Shown in pieces: positions 21,609 to 31,224 of a stretch of DNA of 64,000 nucleotides. Every line of letters begins with the position of its first letter. Positions within the stretch are counted from its first letter, which is position 1. The notes under the pieces were generated by a model, which worked only from the letters and a program-made list of their open reading frames with translations, had not been told where the DNA came from and made no database searches. Source of the stretch: Gemmatimonas sp. (GTDB lineage: Bacteria; Gemmatimonadota; Gemmatimonadetes; Gemmatimonadales; Gemmatimonadaceae); assembly GCA_965279375.1 (NCBI GenBank), contig OZ257156.1, positions 4,608,001 to 4,672,000 of the forward strand. Reading direction: 5' to 3'. The translations under genes and the position numbers were made by a program.

Positions 21609-21716
21609 GCTTGTCTCCGAGATGATTGACGATCGGCAAGCGCCAACGGCGACGCCCGTTGGCAACCCAGCGTTAGCTGAAGCTCCGCAAGTAGCTGCTC
21701 GATGGAGCGGTACGCG

Positions 21717-22214
21717 CTACGCGAGCTCCGTCGCGATGTTCAGCGACACCAACTCGACGTCGGCTTGTCCATTGTGGATATACAATCGCGCAACGGAGGG
21801 CTGCAGTTTGAAACGACGCGGCCCAGCGGCACCGGGGTTGACCACGATGCGCCGAGCCGCCTTGGTCACCAGCTGTTGATGCGTATGCCCGTACACGATG
21901 ACCTGCGCGTTCATGTGCGCCGACACGAGCTTGGGGGGGGTCGGGCTCCCGAGTTCGTGGCCGTGCGTCACCACGATGCGCACGCCTCCGATCGTCTCCT
22001 CAATGCGTTCCACGAGATCCGGACGACCCGGCGCGTCGGTGTTCCCCCACACGGCTTGCACCGGAGCGATCGTCGCCAATTCGATCAGCACATCCGGCGG
22101 CCCGACATCGCCCGCATGAAAAATGCGCGAGACACCCTTCAGTGCCTCGAACACTTCAGGGCGCACGAGCCCGTGCGTATCGGAGATGAGTCCGATGATG
22201 ATCGCCTCGCTCAT
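21717..22214 (-). CDS. YfcE/MJ0936-family metallophosphoesterase
   Basis: SDTHG, HAGD, GNTD, THGH, GHTH, NPG motifs. Confidence 0.92.
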   Translation of the reverse strand: MSEAIIIGLISDTHGLVRPEVFEALKGVSRIFHAGDVGPPDVLIELATIAPVQAVWGNTDAPGRPDLVERIEETIGGVRIVVTHGHELGSPTPPKLVSAHMNAQVIVYGHTHQQLVTKAARRIVVNPGAAGPRRFKLQPSVARLYIHNGQADVELVSLNIATELA

Positions 22215-22831
22215 GATTCGTCAGCGCCCCAGCGCTTGCCCAACATGTGATCGACCTGCAAATGATCGAGTACGCGCGCCACGATGAAATCCACCAATTC
22301 GGCGATCGTCGTCGGCCTGTGATAAAAGCCTGGCGCGGCCGGAATGACGATCGCGCCTGCGCGCGTCACCTGCGTGAGATTTTCGAGATGGATGAGCGAC
22401 AGCGGCGTCTCACGCGGCACCAGCAACAGCGGCCGACGCTCCTTCAGCGCGACGTCGGCGGCGCGTTCCACCAACGAGCGTGACGTGCCGTGCGCGATCG
22501 CCGACACCGTTCCCATCGAGCACGGACAGATGACCATGCCGCTGCTCCGCGCCGACCCAGACGCTGGCGCTGCGCCACGATCGTTGTCGTCGAAGACCGT
22601 GACGACGCGATCGAATGCCGTCGCCCCCACGTGCTCCCGCAGTGCGCCCACATCGTCGATGCCGGACTCGGTGGACAGCAGCCGAAAGCCGTGGCTGGAG
22701 ACGATGAGCCACGTTGGCACCGCATGTTCGACGAGCTGCTGCACCAGTCGCACCGCATACGGCGCACCGGACGCGCCGGTGATCGCCACAACGACCGGGT
22801 CACGCGTGCGTCCCGTTGTCGCTCTGCTCAT
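22211..22831 (-). CDS. ubiX: Flavin prenyltransferase
   Basis: AITGASG, ASGS, PCSMGT, RAADVALKERR, RETP, PGFY. Confidence 0.93.
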   Translation of the reverse strand: MSRATTGRTRDPVVVAITGASGAPYAVRLVQQLVEHAVPTWLIVSSHGFRLLSTESGIDDVGALREHVGATAFDRVVTVFDDNDRGAAPASGSARSSGMVICPCSMGTVSAIAHGTSRSLVERAADVALKERRPLLLVPRETPLSLIHLENLTQVTRAGAIVIPAAPGFYHRPTTIAELVDFIVARVLDHLQVDHMLGKRWGADES

Positions 22832-23778
22832 GCGCCACCGCCGGCCAGCAAACGCGCCACCAGCACCACGCAGAAGAATCCGATCGAGATCAGACCGTTC
22901 ATGGTGAAGAACGCCGCGTTCAGTTTGGTCAGGTCATTGGGCTTCACCATGCGATGTTCCCACACCAGCATCGCCGCCATGCCCGTCACGCCGCTCCACA
23001 ACAACCAGCGCGCACTGTCCGGCAGCACGCCCATCGGCTGCGACGCCACGACCGCGGCGAGACAACTCACCGAAATCACATGCAAGGCACGCGATAAGCG
23101 AATCGCGTTGGGCACCCCGATCGTGGACGGAATGCTGTGCAATCCGTTCAGTCTGTCAAACTCCGCATCCTGCAATGCGTACAGAATGTCGAAGCCACCG
23201 GACCACGTCACTACCACCATGGCCAGCACGCACAGCAACCACCACGGATCACTCCACGCACCCGTGATCGCGAGGTATCCACCCACCGGCGCGATCGACA
23301 GGCCAAAGCCGAGCCAGATGTGCGACCAGCGCGTGAAGCGCTTGGTGTAGCTGTACCCCAGCACCCAGAGCAATGCGACCGGCGACAGCAGAAAGCACAG
23401 CGGATTCAGCTGCGACGCCGCGAAGACAAAGAGAATCGACGCCACCACCACCGAGCCCTTCGCCTGCGCGAGCGTCAACTTCCCTGCCGGCAGTTCGCGC
23501 ATCGCCGTGCGCGGATTGATTGCATCCACATCGCGATCCACGATGCGATTGAAGCCCATCGCGGCGAACCGTGCCGCTGTGAACGCCAGCAGTACCCACC
23601 CCACCATCGCAATGGTGATGTCGTGACGCGCGCTGGCGAACGTCACCCCCACCAGCGCGAACGGCATCGCGAACACGGTGTGCGGCAGCTTCACGAAGTT
23701 GGCCAGCCGCACGAGCAGCGAGCTCCCCTCCATCAGCTGACCGTCGCGTGCGCCCTTCGGCGGAACGATGCTCGTCAT
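22828..23778 (-). CDS. UbiA-family polyprenyltransferase (MqnP-like, menaquinone futalosine pathway)
   Basis: KLPHTVFAMPFA, FNRIVDRDVD..NPRT, YSYTKRFT, FDILYALQD. Multiple TM helices. Confidence 0.9.
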   Translation of the reverse strand: MTSIVPPKGARDGQLMEGSSLLVRLANFVKLPHTVFAMPFALVGVTFASARHDITIAMVGWVLLAFTAARFAAMGFNRIVDRDVDAINPRTAMRELPAGKLTLAQAKGSVVVASILFVFAASQLNPLCFLLSPVALLWVLGYSYTKRFTRWSHIWLGFGLSIAPVGGYLAITGAWSDPWWLLCVLAMVVVTWSGGFDILYALQDAEFDRLNGLHSIPSTIGVPNAIRLSRALHVISVSCLAAVVASQPMGVLPDSARWLLWSGVTGMAAMLVWEHRMVKPNDLTKLNAAFFTMNGLISIGFFCVVLVARLLAGGGA

Positions 23779-23788
23779 CGGCGGCCGA

Positions 23789-25264
23789 TCACGGCTTGAT
23801 CCCGAGCGTCGGCCACATCGCGTCCACACGACTCTTGGTCGCGTCATCCATGTGGATCACCTTGGGCCATGCGCGCGTGAAGCCTTCTTCCGGCCACTTC
23901 CGCGTCGCATCGATGCCCATCTTGCTGCCGTACGTGAACGCGCGACTGGCATGATCGAGCACATCCACCGGGCCCATCGTGAATCGCACGTCACGCTCCG
24001 GGTCCATGTTGTTGAGCGCCACCCACCACGCTTCCACCGGATTGCGCACGTTCACTTCCTTGTCCACCACCACCAGCACCTTGGCCAGCGACATCAACCC
24101 CTGCCCCCACAACGCGTGCATCACCTTGTCGGCGTGCCCGGGATACTTCTTGTCGATGGACACGAACACGAGGTTGTGAAACCCTCCCTCGGCGGGCATG
24201 TGGTAGTCCTCCACCTCGGGCGTCGTCAGCTTGAGCAGCGGGAGGAAGATGCGCTCGGTCGCATGACCGAGATAGAAATCCTCCATCGGCGGACGTCCGA
24301 CAATTGTCGTCGCGTAGATCGGAGTGCGACGCATGGTTACCGCCGTCACGTGCACCTTGGGATACAGATCCGCTTCGGAGTAGAAGCCGGTGTGGTCGCC
24401 GAACGGCCCCTCCACCACCAGCGCTTCCGCGGGGTCGATGTACCCTTCGATCACGAACTCTGCGTCGGCCGGCACTTCAAGATCACAGGTGACGGCCTTG
24501 GCCAGTCGCACCGGATCACGGCGCAGGAAACCCGCAAACAGAAACTCGTCGATATTCGGCGGCAACGGCGCTGACGCCGAATACATGCTCGCCGGGTCGG
24601 CACCCACCGCGATGCACACGGGCATCTTCTCGCCGCGTTCGGCCATCTGCCGCATGTGCTCCGCGCCCGTCTTGTGGCGCTGCCAGTGCATGGCGACGCT
24701 GCGCTTGTCGAGTTGCTGCACACGGTACATGCCCACGTTGCGAATGCCACGCACCGGATCCTTCGAGATGACCATCGTCAGCGTCACATAGGGCCCGCCG
24801 TCCTCCGGCCAACAGGTGAGCACGGGGATCTTGTCGAGATCGATCTCGTCGCCCTGCCAGACGATCTCCTGGCATGCCGGCGTGCCTGACTTCACGCGCG
24901 GCGGAAACTTCGACACCTCGAGCAATCGCGGCAGCAGCGACAACTTGCCGAGGAAACCCTCAGGCACCTTGAGGTCGAGCAGCTGCGTGATGCGGTCACC
25001 GATCTTGTCCATGTCATCGACGCCGAGTGCCATCGACATGCGGCGCATCGAGCCGAAGAGATTGATGGCGACCGGATAGGCCGACCGCGTGCCGTCGCGC
25101 AGGATCACGTGCTCGAAGAGCAGTGCCTTGCCGCCCCCAGGCATCTTGGAGACGCGATCGGCGATTTCGGTGAGTTCGAGATGCACGCGCACCGGCTGCG
25201 TGATGCGCTGCAGTTCGCCGGCGCGATCGATCGCCGCGATGAAGTCGGACAGAGTATCTAGCAT
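23789..25264 (-). CDS. ubiD: UbiD-family menaquinone biosynthesis decarboxylase (MqnL-like)
   Basis: RNVGMYR, MHWQRHK, EGPFGDHTGFY, GRPPMED, KMGIDAT. Confidence 0.9.
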   Translation of the reverse strand: MLDTLSDFIAAIDRAGELQRITQPVRVHLELTEIADRVSKMPGGGKALLFEHVILRDGTRSAYPVAINLFGSMRRMSMALGVDDMDKIGDRITQLLDLKVPEGFLGKLSLLPRLLEVSKFPPRVKSGTPACQEIVWQGDEIDLDKIPVLTCWPEDGGPYVTLTMVISKDPVRGIRNVGMYRVQQLDKRSVAMHWQRHKTGAEHMRQMAERGEKMPVCIAVGADPASMYSASAPLPPNIDEFLFAGFLRRDPVRLAKAVTCDLEVPADAEFVIEGYIDPAEALVVEGPFGDHTGFYSEADLYPKVHVTAVTMRRTPIYATTIVGRPPMEDFYLGHATERIFLPLLKLTTPEVEDYHMPAEGGFHNLVFVSIDKKYPGHADKVMHALWGQGLMSLAKVLVVVDKEVNVRNPVEAWWVALNNMDPERDVRFTMGPVDVLDHASRAFTYGSKMGIDATRKWPEEGFTRAWPKVIHMDDATKSRVDAMWPTLGIKP

Positions 25265-26061
25265 CAGGAAACAACGCCTGTGTGGATCGCTGCGATCCCG
25301 AACGTCAGGCGTTCCCAGGTCACCGTGGCGAAACCAGCGTCGCGCATCTGCTGCGCGAGACGCTCTTCGGTGGGGAACTGCGCGACCGACATTGGAAGGT
25401 AGGTGTAAGCGGAGCGATGGCCGCTCACCAGACGCCCGATGAACGGCAGCACATGATGGAAGTATGCCTGATAGGCAACCCGCACAAGCGCGACCGGTGG
25501 CGTGGAAAATTCGAGGATGATGAAGCGAGCGCCGGGCTTGAGCACGCGGCGCACTTCGCGCAGCCCTGCCCCAAGATCGGCGACGTTTCGGATGCCGAAG
25601 GCGACAATGGCGCCATCCATGCTGGCGCTCGCGAAGGGCAGCTGCAGCGCATCAGCACCCACGGGCGCGAGCACCTTACGCGAGGCCTTGCCGGTGCCGT
25701 GCTGCAACATGGGCACGGCAAAGTCGGCGCCCACCACAAAGCCCGAGAAGCCCGCTTGGCGTGTCAGTGTCGCCCCAATATCCAGCGTGCCGGCGCACAG
25801 ATCCAGGTAGGTGCCCTGAGGGCGGCTCGTCCAGGCCAGGGCCCGCAGAGCTCGACGTCGCCACGCCTTGTCGATGTTCATCGACAGCACATGGTTCAGC
25901 AGATCGTACCGCGGCGCGATGTCGGAGAACATCTGCTGCACGTATTCGCGCTTTCCTTCGCCACGGGCGGCGCTCGCTGCGACCGAGGTTTCCGCGGCAG
26001 GGCCACGGCGACGGGGCTCAGATGGTGCGTCGAGCGTGGGTGGAAGCGGTGCAATTGCCAT
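25264..26061 (-). CDS. menG: Demethylmenaquinone/ubiquinone methyltransferase UbiE/MenG
   Basis: MFSDIAPRYDLLN, LDLCAGT, AFGIRNV, RVLKPG, LEFS. Confidence 0.9.
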   Translation of the reverse strand: MAIAPLPPTLDAPSEPRRRGPAAETSVAASAARGEGKREYVQQMFSDIAPRYDLLNHVLSMNIDKAWRRRALRALAWTSRPQGTYLDLCAGTLDIGATLTRQAGFSGFVVGADFAVPMLQHGTGKASRKVLAPVGADALQLPFASASMDGAIVAFGIRNVADLGAGLREVRRVLKPGARFIILEFSTPPVALVRVAYQAYFHHVLPFIGRLVSGHRSAYTYLPMSVAQFPTEERLAQQMRDAGFATVTWERLTFGIAAIHTGVVS

Positions 26062-26199
26062 CGTCGAAACATCGATACACGCCAGAGGCCGAGCAAGCGC
26101 TGTTCACAGATCGACCACAGCGAACTAGCTTCTTCCTCGTTCCCGCGGCCCGTCGGTATTCGATGCGCGCCGCACGGTGGGTTGACGTCAGCACTCTGA

Positions 26200-26802
26200 A
26201 TGCAGAATCCCGACGCGCTGGCGACCCTTCCGGATGCCGACGTCGTTCGTCTCGCCCAGCAGGGGCGCGAGCTCGCTTTTCGCGAACTCGTGCGCCGCTA
26301 CGAGCGGCCGGTGTTCTCGCTCGTCTTCCGCATGGTGCGGGACCGGGAGCTGGCGGAGGACCTGTCGCAGGACGCCTTCGTGAAGGTGCTCAACCACATC
26401 GACCGCTACAGCCCGGAATTCAAGTTTTCGAGCTGGCTGTTCAAGATCGCCAACAACGTCGCCATCGATCATCTTCGGCGGCGTCGGATCGACACGATCA
26501 GCATGGACGGGTCGCCGCACGCGTCCACGGCCGCCGAGGTGGAGGCCAGCAGCCTCGAACTCGCGGACGACCAGGAGAGTGCCCTCGACGAGATGGAGGC
26601 CAAGGAGCTCGGCTCGGCCATCGAACGGGCGATCGCCAAGCTGCGCCCGGAGTATCGGGCGTGCATCATGCTTCGTCATGTCGAGGGCAGGTCTTACGAG
26701 GAGATCGCAGCCACGCTCGACCTCCCGCTCGGCACCGTCAAGACGTACATCCATCGGGCGCGCCACGAGCTCCGAAAGGCGCTCGAACCGCTCCGCGAGT
26801 AA
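26200..26802 (+). CDS. ECF RNA polymerase sigma factor (SigW/RpoE-like)
   Basis: AEDLSQDAFVKV, FSSWLFKIANN, SYEEIA..LPLGTVKTYIHRAR. Confidence 0.93.
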   Translation: MQNPDALATLPDADVVRLAQQGRELAFRELVRRYERPVFSLVFRMVRDRELAEDLSQDAFVKVLNHIDRYSPEFKFSSWLFKIANNVAIDHLRRRRIDTISMDGSPHASTAAEVEASSLELADDQESALDEMEAKELGSAIERAIAKLRPEYRACIMLRHVEGRSYEEIAATLDLPLGTVKTYIHRARHELRKALEPLRE

Positions 26803-26816
26803 CCCCGCCACATTTC

Positions 26817-26845
26817 TGAAACCCGCTGGAGCGAGGCGCCGTAGG
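26817..26845 (+). promoter_or_regulatory. Putative ECF promoter TGAAACC-N16-CGTAGG between the sigma and anti-sigma genes
   Basis: Close to the SigW-type consensus TGAAAC...CGTA. Sits just upstream of the GGAGG RBS of the anti-sigma gene. Confidence 0.65.
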
Positions 26846-26862
26846 CTCCCGTGGAGGCACGA

Positions 26863-27450
26863 ATGCAAGACAGACACCTGCGACCTGACGAATTCGAACT
26901 GATCCTCGATGGTGAGGAAGGCTTCGGCGTAGCGCCCCTTCGGGCCCACGTCCGAAGCTGTACGTCGTGTCAGGCCGAACTCGAAGAAGCCCGGGAGCTG
27001 ATGCTCGCGCTCGACACGCTTCCCGACTTCGCGCCTTCGGTCGGCTTCAGCGACCGCGTCATGAGTCAGGTGCAGGTGTTCGAGCCGTGGCATGCCGCCG
27101 CGCTCACCACCGCCCAGCAGTTCATCCCCGCCACCAAGCCGGCGCGGGTCGCCGCGGGCCTTGGCGCGGCCGTCTCCGCCGGCCTGCTCACCGCCGCGTC
27201 CACTTGGGCGGTCGCCCGTGCGGACATCGGCTTCCTGTTGGCCCAAGTCGGACTGTCGAGGGTTCGCGAGCAGGTCAGTGCGGCCTTCAGCGACGTGGTC
27301 TCCACGGTGCTCGGCCAGCCCGGCTTGGACGCCATGCGCTCGGGCACCCCGGAAATGACCGCGGTGGCCTTGGGCGGGTTTGTCGCCGTGGTGGGCATGG
27401 GCGTCGTCGGTCTGCGGGCGCTGGCCACCTCAGGCCGCCGGGCGCGCTGA
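26863..27450 (+). CDS. Zinc-finger (ZAS) membrane anti-sigma factor
   Basis: HVRSCTSC (HxxxCxxC) motif, two hydrophobic helices, directly downstream of the ECF gene. Confidence 0.85.
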   Translation: MQDRHLRPDEFELILDGEEGFGVAPLRAHVRSCTSCQAELEEARELMLALDTLPDFAPSVGFSDRVMSQVQVFEPWHAAALTTAQQFIPATKPARVAAGLGAAVSAGLLTAASTWAVARADIGFLLAQVGLSRVREQVSAAFSDVVSTVLGQPGLDAMRSGTPEMTAVALGGFVAVVGMGVVGLRALATSGRRAR

Positions 27451-27461
27451 GGCTGACGGGC

Positions 27462-28127
27462 ATGCCTACCGCCGGACTGCTCTCCGTCGCCGGCGTTTTC
27501 GGCATCACCCTCCTCGTGGGGTGGGTCGTTCTGACGACCGCTGAATCGTCGGTCACTGCGGTGGCGCGTGCTGCGGCACGAGACATCTCCGGGAGCTTCT
27601 GGGTGGGGCTGCTCTGGCAGTTGCTGGCGGCCCCGCTTCTGCTGGTGCTGGTGCTCGCCTGCGCAATCACCATCATCGGGATTCTGGCGATTCCCGTGGC
27701 TGTGCTGGCATGGGCCCTCGCCTATACCGGCGCCTTCACGCTTGGCCTGCTCGCCGTGGCGATCGTCGCAGGTCGCGCCATCGCCGGCAAAGGCAGCGCG
27801 ACCAACCCGCGGGCCGTTGCCCTGCGCAGCCTGACGGTCGGGCTGATCGCGCTGAGCGTCGTCTGGTTCGGGGCCGCGCTGATTGCGAACCTGCCTGTGG
27901 TTGGCCTTCTGGCGCGACTGGTCGCCGTGGCGTTTACGTGGGCCGCGGCGACCGTTGGTCTGGGCGCCGTGGTCAAGTCGCGAGGCGGCGTCATGAAGCT
28001 GCGCTTCGAGGCGACCACCGAAACGTCCATCCCCACCTGGCAGACCCCTACGCCGGTGCAGGGTGTCGCTGCGGCTCGCCGTCCGGTCACCACCACGCCG
28101 GCGTCCAACCCTCGGATGCCCGAGTAG
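27462..28127 (+). CDS. Polytopic membrane protein in the ECF/anti-sigma operon
   Basis: About five hydrophobic segments, 11 nt after the anti-sigma stop, Pro/Thr-rich tail. Confidence 0.75.
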   Translation: MPTAGLLSVAGVFGITLLVGWVVLTTAESSVTAVARAAARDISGSFWVGLLWQLLAAPLLLVLVLACAITIIGILAIPVAVLAWALAYTGAFTLGLLAVAIVAGRAIAGKGSATNPRAVALRSLTVGLIALSVVWFGAALIANLPVVGLLARLVAVAFTWAAATVGLGAVVKSRGGVMKLRFEATTETSIPTWQTPTPVQGVAAARRPVTTTPASNPRMPE

Positions 28128-28152
28128 TAGCAGCCGTCGTGGGAGTGTCGCG

Positions 28153-28914
28153 CTAGGCCCGCGCCGACTGCACCAGTATCACTTTCTGCCCGCGCGTCAG
28201 ACGAAGACGCGACGCCGCGTGTCCATCCCGCACGGCAATCTCGAGCAAGCCGCTCGAACCCGTCAGCGCGACCAGCTCGCCGACGTTCGCGTCCGCATAG
28301 GTGCGCACGACGCGCACCGCCTGATTCGCCACGAACACCGTGCTGATATCGCGCGCGATGAGATTCGTGATGGCGTTGCCGAATCGATCGACGGTGAGCA
28401 CTTCGCCCTCGAGGGCACCATCACCGTTGCGCGTGGGCTGCGGCGTTCGGCGTCGTACCGGATCAGCACAGCGTTCGCCCAGTGCGTCGATCGGCACACC
28501 GATGGCGAGTTTCGCGGCAGCAGGCGCAAAGACGTCGCGTCCGTGGAATGTGGGCGATGCAGCGTCGTCCACGGGCAACGTGACCACGCGCGCGTCGAGC
28601 GCGAAGAGCGACGGAGAGAGCACGCCGTTGTCCGGCCCGACCAGGAACCGGCCGTCGCTCTCGACGGCGATGGCAGCGCGCGAGGAGCCAACTCCGGGAT
28701 CGATCACCACCAGATGCACCGTGCCGGCGGGAAAGCGCTTCCAGTAGCGCGCCAGTGTCAGCCGCGCAAACTCGATATCGTGCTCCGGCACGTCATGCGA
28801 CATGTCGAGGATCGGAACGCCCATCGCGAACGTCGTGAGCACACCCTTCACTTCCGCGACGTAGCCGTCAGCGGTGCCGAAGTCAGTCAGAAGCGTGATG
28901 GCTGGTGCGGACAT
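28153..28914 (-). CDS. DUF62 SAM hydroxide adenosyltransferase (SAM hydrolase; halogenase superfamily)
   Basis: LLTDFG, VIDPGVGSSR, GPDNG, TFHGRDVFAP, DRFGN. Confidence 0.9.
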   Translation of the reverse strand: MSAPAITLLTDFGTADGYVAEVKGVLTTFAMGVPILDMSHDVPEHDIEFARLTLARYWKRFPAGTVHLVVIDPGVGSSRAAIAVESDGRFLVGPDNGVLSPSLFALDARVVTLPVDDAASPTFHGRDVFAPAAAKLAIGVPIDALGERCADPVRRRTPQPTRNGDGALEGEVLTVDRFGNAITNLIARDISTVFVANQAVRVVRTYADANVGELVALTGSSGLLEIAVRDGHAASRLRLTRGQKVILVQSARA

Positions 28915-28926
28915 GGCGGAAACGTA

Positions 28927-29775
28927 TCATTTCGCGCCGCGCTGTGCAGCCGCGAGGGAGTCCTGCAGAGTGTCCATCGGCTGAGTCGCCTTCTGCTCGG
29001 ACTTCTTCTCGGACTTCTTCTTCTCAGACTTCTTGTCCTTCTTCTTCGACTTCGATGCCCCACCGAGCTTCGTGCCGAACCCGAGAGCCATTCCGACGAC
29101 GTGGAAGGTTCGGTTGTACTTCTTGGCGTAGTCCGGTCGATAGATGTAGAACAGGTCCGCCGTGCGACCTCCGCCGTAGCCGAGCTTGAGCCCGACGGTG
29201 TTGCGCCAGTTGTCGATCGGATACGCCTCACCGCGCGCAAAGTACGGCTCGCTCGAGGCGTATAGATCAAGATTGTCGCTCAGCGCGCGTTTGGCCCTGA
29301 GCCGCGTGCGATAGAGCGTCTTGCCGTTCTCCTCCTCGTCAGCGCCTTGCAGCCGATGCTGCACCAATCCGCGTAGCGACCAACTCAGCCCGACAAACTT
29401 GGTGCCGGCTTCTGCGCCCAAGCCCACGCGATTGGAGCGTTCACCATCGACGCTCGCGTACCGGTAGTTGGCCAGCAACGACACACGCTTGAGCGGACTG
29501 TACGCCAACTCTCCGCCGAGGTACGAGCCCCGATATGCCGATGCGTTGTCCTCGGTGCGCAGGCGAAAATCGAACGACGTGGAGAGCTTCTTGGGCAAGT
29601 CGACATCAAGCCCAATCGAGTACCACGCCTGCAGATCCGTCGGATCGGCGCGGCTCGTTTGCGCAGCGAGGCGGACAGGAGAGTCGACAGCGGCTAGCGA
29701 GGCAATGGCCGCCAGCAACACCGGTACGCGCCGCGGCATGAATTTACCGAGCAACGGCCTCGGAGTCGGCATCAT
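28927..29775 (-). CDS. DUF2490-like outer-membrane beta-barrel protein with Lys-rich C-terminal tail
   Basis: Signal peptide, DLQAWYSIG, alternating beta strands, YRTRLR, YASSEPY, then the tail SKSKKKDKKSEKKKSEKK. Confidence 0.7.
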   Translation of the reverse strand: MMPTPRPLLGKFMPRRVPVLLAAIASLAAVDSPVRLAAQTSRADPTDLQAWYSIGLDVDLPKKLSTSFDFRLRTEDNASAYRGSYLGGELAYSPLKRVSLLANYRYASVDGERSNRVGLGAEAGTKFVGLSWSLRGLVQHRLQGADEEENGKTLYRTRLRAKRALSDNLDLYASSEPYFARGEAYPIDNWRNTVGLKLGYGGGRTADLFYIYRPDYAKKYNRTFHVVGMALGFGTKLGGASKSKKKDKKSEKKKSEKKSEQKATQPMDTLQDSLAAAQRGAK

Positions 29776-30419
29776 GAGCCGTAGTAGAATAGGGTGAGGC
29801 GTGCGGTGTCCCTGAGCAGATCGATCTCTTCCACGTCCACGCGGTGTACGTCGAGGCCCGTGCGCGTTCGCAGGTCGCTCAACAGATCGGTGCGTACGCC
29901 GGCGTGCAGCAGCGCGACTTTGTCATACAGCACGGTCTGCGCATGCTCGCGGCGAACCACGAGGTTGCTTTCGAGCAGCGCCGTTATGAGAACGAGACCG
30001 AGACCGATGCAGCCGAGCACCAGGAGATTCGCGCTGCCGACGGCCATGATGAGTCCCAGCGCGATGACAAGGAACAGATAGGTCATGTCCTTCGCCGAAA
30101 TTCCTTCGGTGCGATAGCGCAGCATCGAGAAGACCGCGAAGAGCCCGAACGCGGCGCCCATGCTCATCTCGGCGGCGTTCATCAGGTACGTGATCAGGAA
30201 GATCACGACGTTGCACGTAAAGAACGTCAGCACGAGGCTCGCGCGCGCGTAGTGGCTGAAGTACACACCGCGTACCAGCAGCGCGACGCACGTGAGATTG
30301 ATCGCGAGTCGCGTCAGCAGGGCGCTGCTCGAGAATGTCGCGACGGGCGGGGCCATGGTCGGGAGCTCTGTCGCCGGCGCGAACGCGGCCGCCGCCGATT
30401 GCAGCAGATCAGGCAACAT
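29772..30419 (-). CDS. DUF4956 membrane protein
   Basis: GAAFGLFAVFSMLRYRT, KDMTYLF, DLRTRTGL. The start could extend to 30434. Confidence 0.85.
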   Translation of the reverse strand: MLPDLLQSAAAAFAPATELPTMAPPVATFSSSALLTRLAINLTCVALLVRGVYFSHYARASLVLTFFTCNVVIFLITYLMNAAEMSMGAAFGLFAVFSMLRYRTEGISAKDMTYLFLVIALGLIMAVGSANLLVLGCIGLGLVLITALLESNLVVRREHAQTVLYDKVALLHAGVRTDLLSDLRTRTGLDVHRVDVEEIDLLRDTARLTLFYYGS

Positions 30420-31224
30420 CACGCAACCCTCCATGCTGGGAGGATCCGGCCAGCTGCAGCGCGTCGAGCTGTCGCAGCGTGGCCCGATAGTTGTTGGTCT
30501 TCACGCCCGGCTGCAGCAGGGCCACACCTATGCAGTACTTGCTGAACGACAGCGGACGACTGTGCAGGCTTAACGCCATCGCGTGAGCCGCCGAACGACG
30601 GGCACCGCCCTGCTTCACTTCTAACACAGCGAGCGCGGGTGTCGCGGCGGACCGGTCGCCGATGCTCATGCGCAAGTCCAGATCGAGCGTCACACGTTCG
30701 ACGCGTTCCGTCTCCACGAATGTGACGCGCAGATAGTCTACATCAAGCACCGGCCGCAGCGCGTCCAATGCGATGCCACTCGGAAAGTCGAGCAACGCGG
30801 AACGCATGGCCGAGAGCGACGCTCCGACGTTCATGTGCGCATCCGCAGCGACACGAGCCTTGGTCGTGACTCCGCGGTTGTTCCGGCGCTTCAGCTCCAG
30901 AAAGCGAACCTCGGACTCTACGTAGCAGCGCAAGCGCACCTTGTGCCTCGGCACGCGTCCGGCATGATGCGCGTGATACAGTGCGAAGTCCGCCGTATCG
31001 AAGTAGCGCGTGTGGTAGCGGCAGAGGCGCCGACCTCCGACTTCCAGCACGCGATAGCTGGCCGGTAGGCCGTTGATGATCTCGAGCGCGTTGGCCAGCG
31101 TCATCACGTACTTGGTGTCCACGCGTTCCATGAGCGCCGACTCTCCGAGCTCGGCCAGCGAGATCGGCTGACGCGCGTGCGCGAGTGTACGGACGCTCTC
31201 GACCAGCGGGTGAAGTGCGGTCAT
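30409..31224 (-). CDS. VTC-domain (polyphosphate polymerase, CYTH-like) protein
   Basis: MERVDTKY, YFDT, KVRLRCY, LELK, RVTLD, LEVK, FSKYC. Confidence 0.85.
   Translation of the reverse strand: MTALHPLVESVRTLAHARQPISLAELGESALMERVDTKYVMTLANALEIINGLPASYRVLEVGGRRLCRYHTRYFDTADFALYHAHHAGRVPRHKVRLRCYVESEVRFLELKRRNNRGVTTKARVAADAHMNVGASLSAMRSALLDFPSGIALDALRPVLDVDYLRVTFVETERVERVTLDLDLRMSIGDRSAATPALAVLEVKQGGARRSAAHAMALSLHSRPLSFSKYCIGVALLQPGVKTNNYRATLRQLDALQLAGSSQHGGLRDVA

Noticed and set aside
22211..26061. Aromatic-acid catabolic UbiD/UbiX cluster
   Set aside because: Coupling with a UbiA/MqnP-like prenyltransferase and MenG fits the known late steps of futalosine menaquinone synthesis.
28153..28914. 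SAM-dependent fluorinase/chlorinase
   Set aside because: The protein has the Asp/Arg/His pattern (DPGVG..R, TFHGRD) typical of DUF62 hydrolases, and there is no biosynthetic cluster context.
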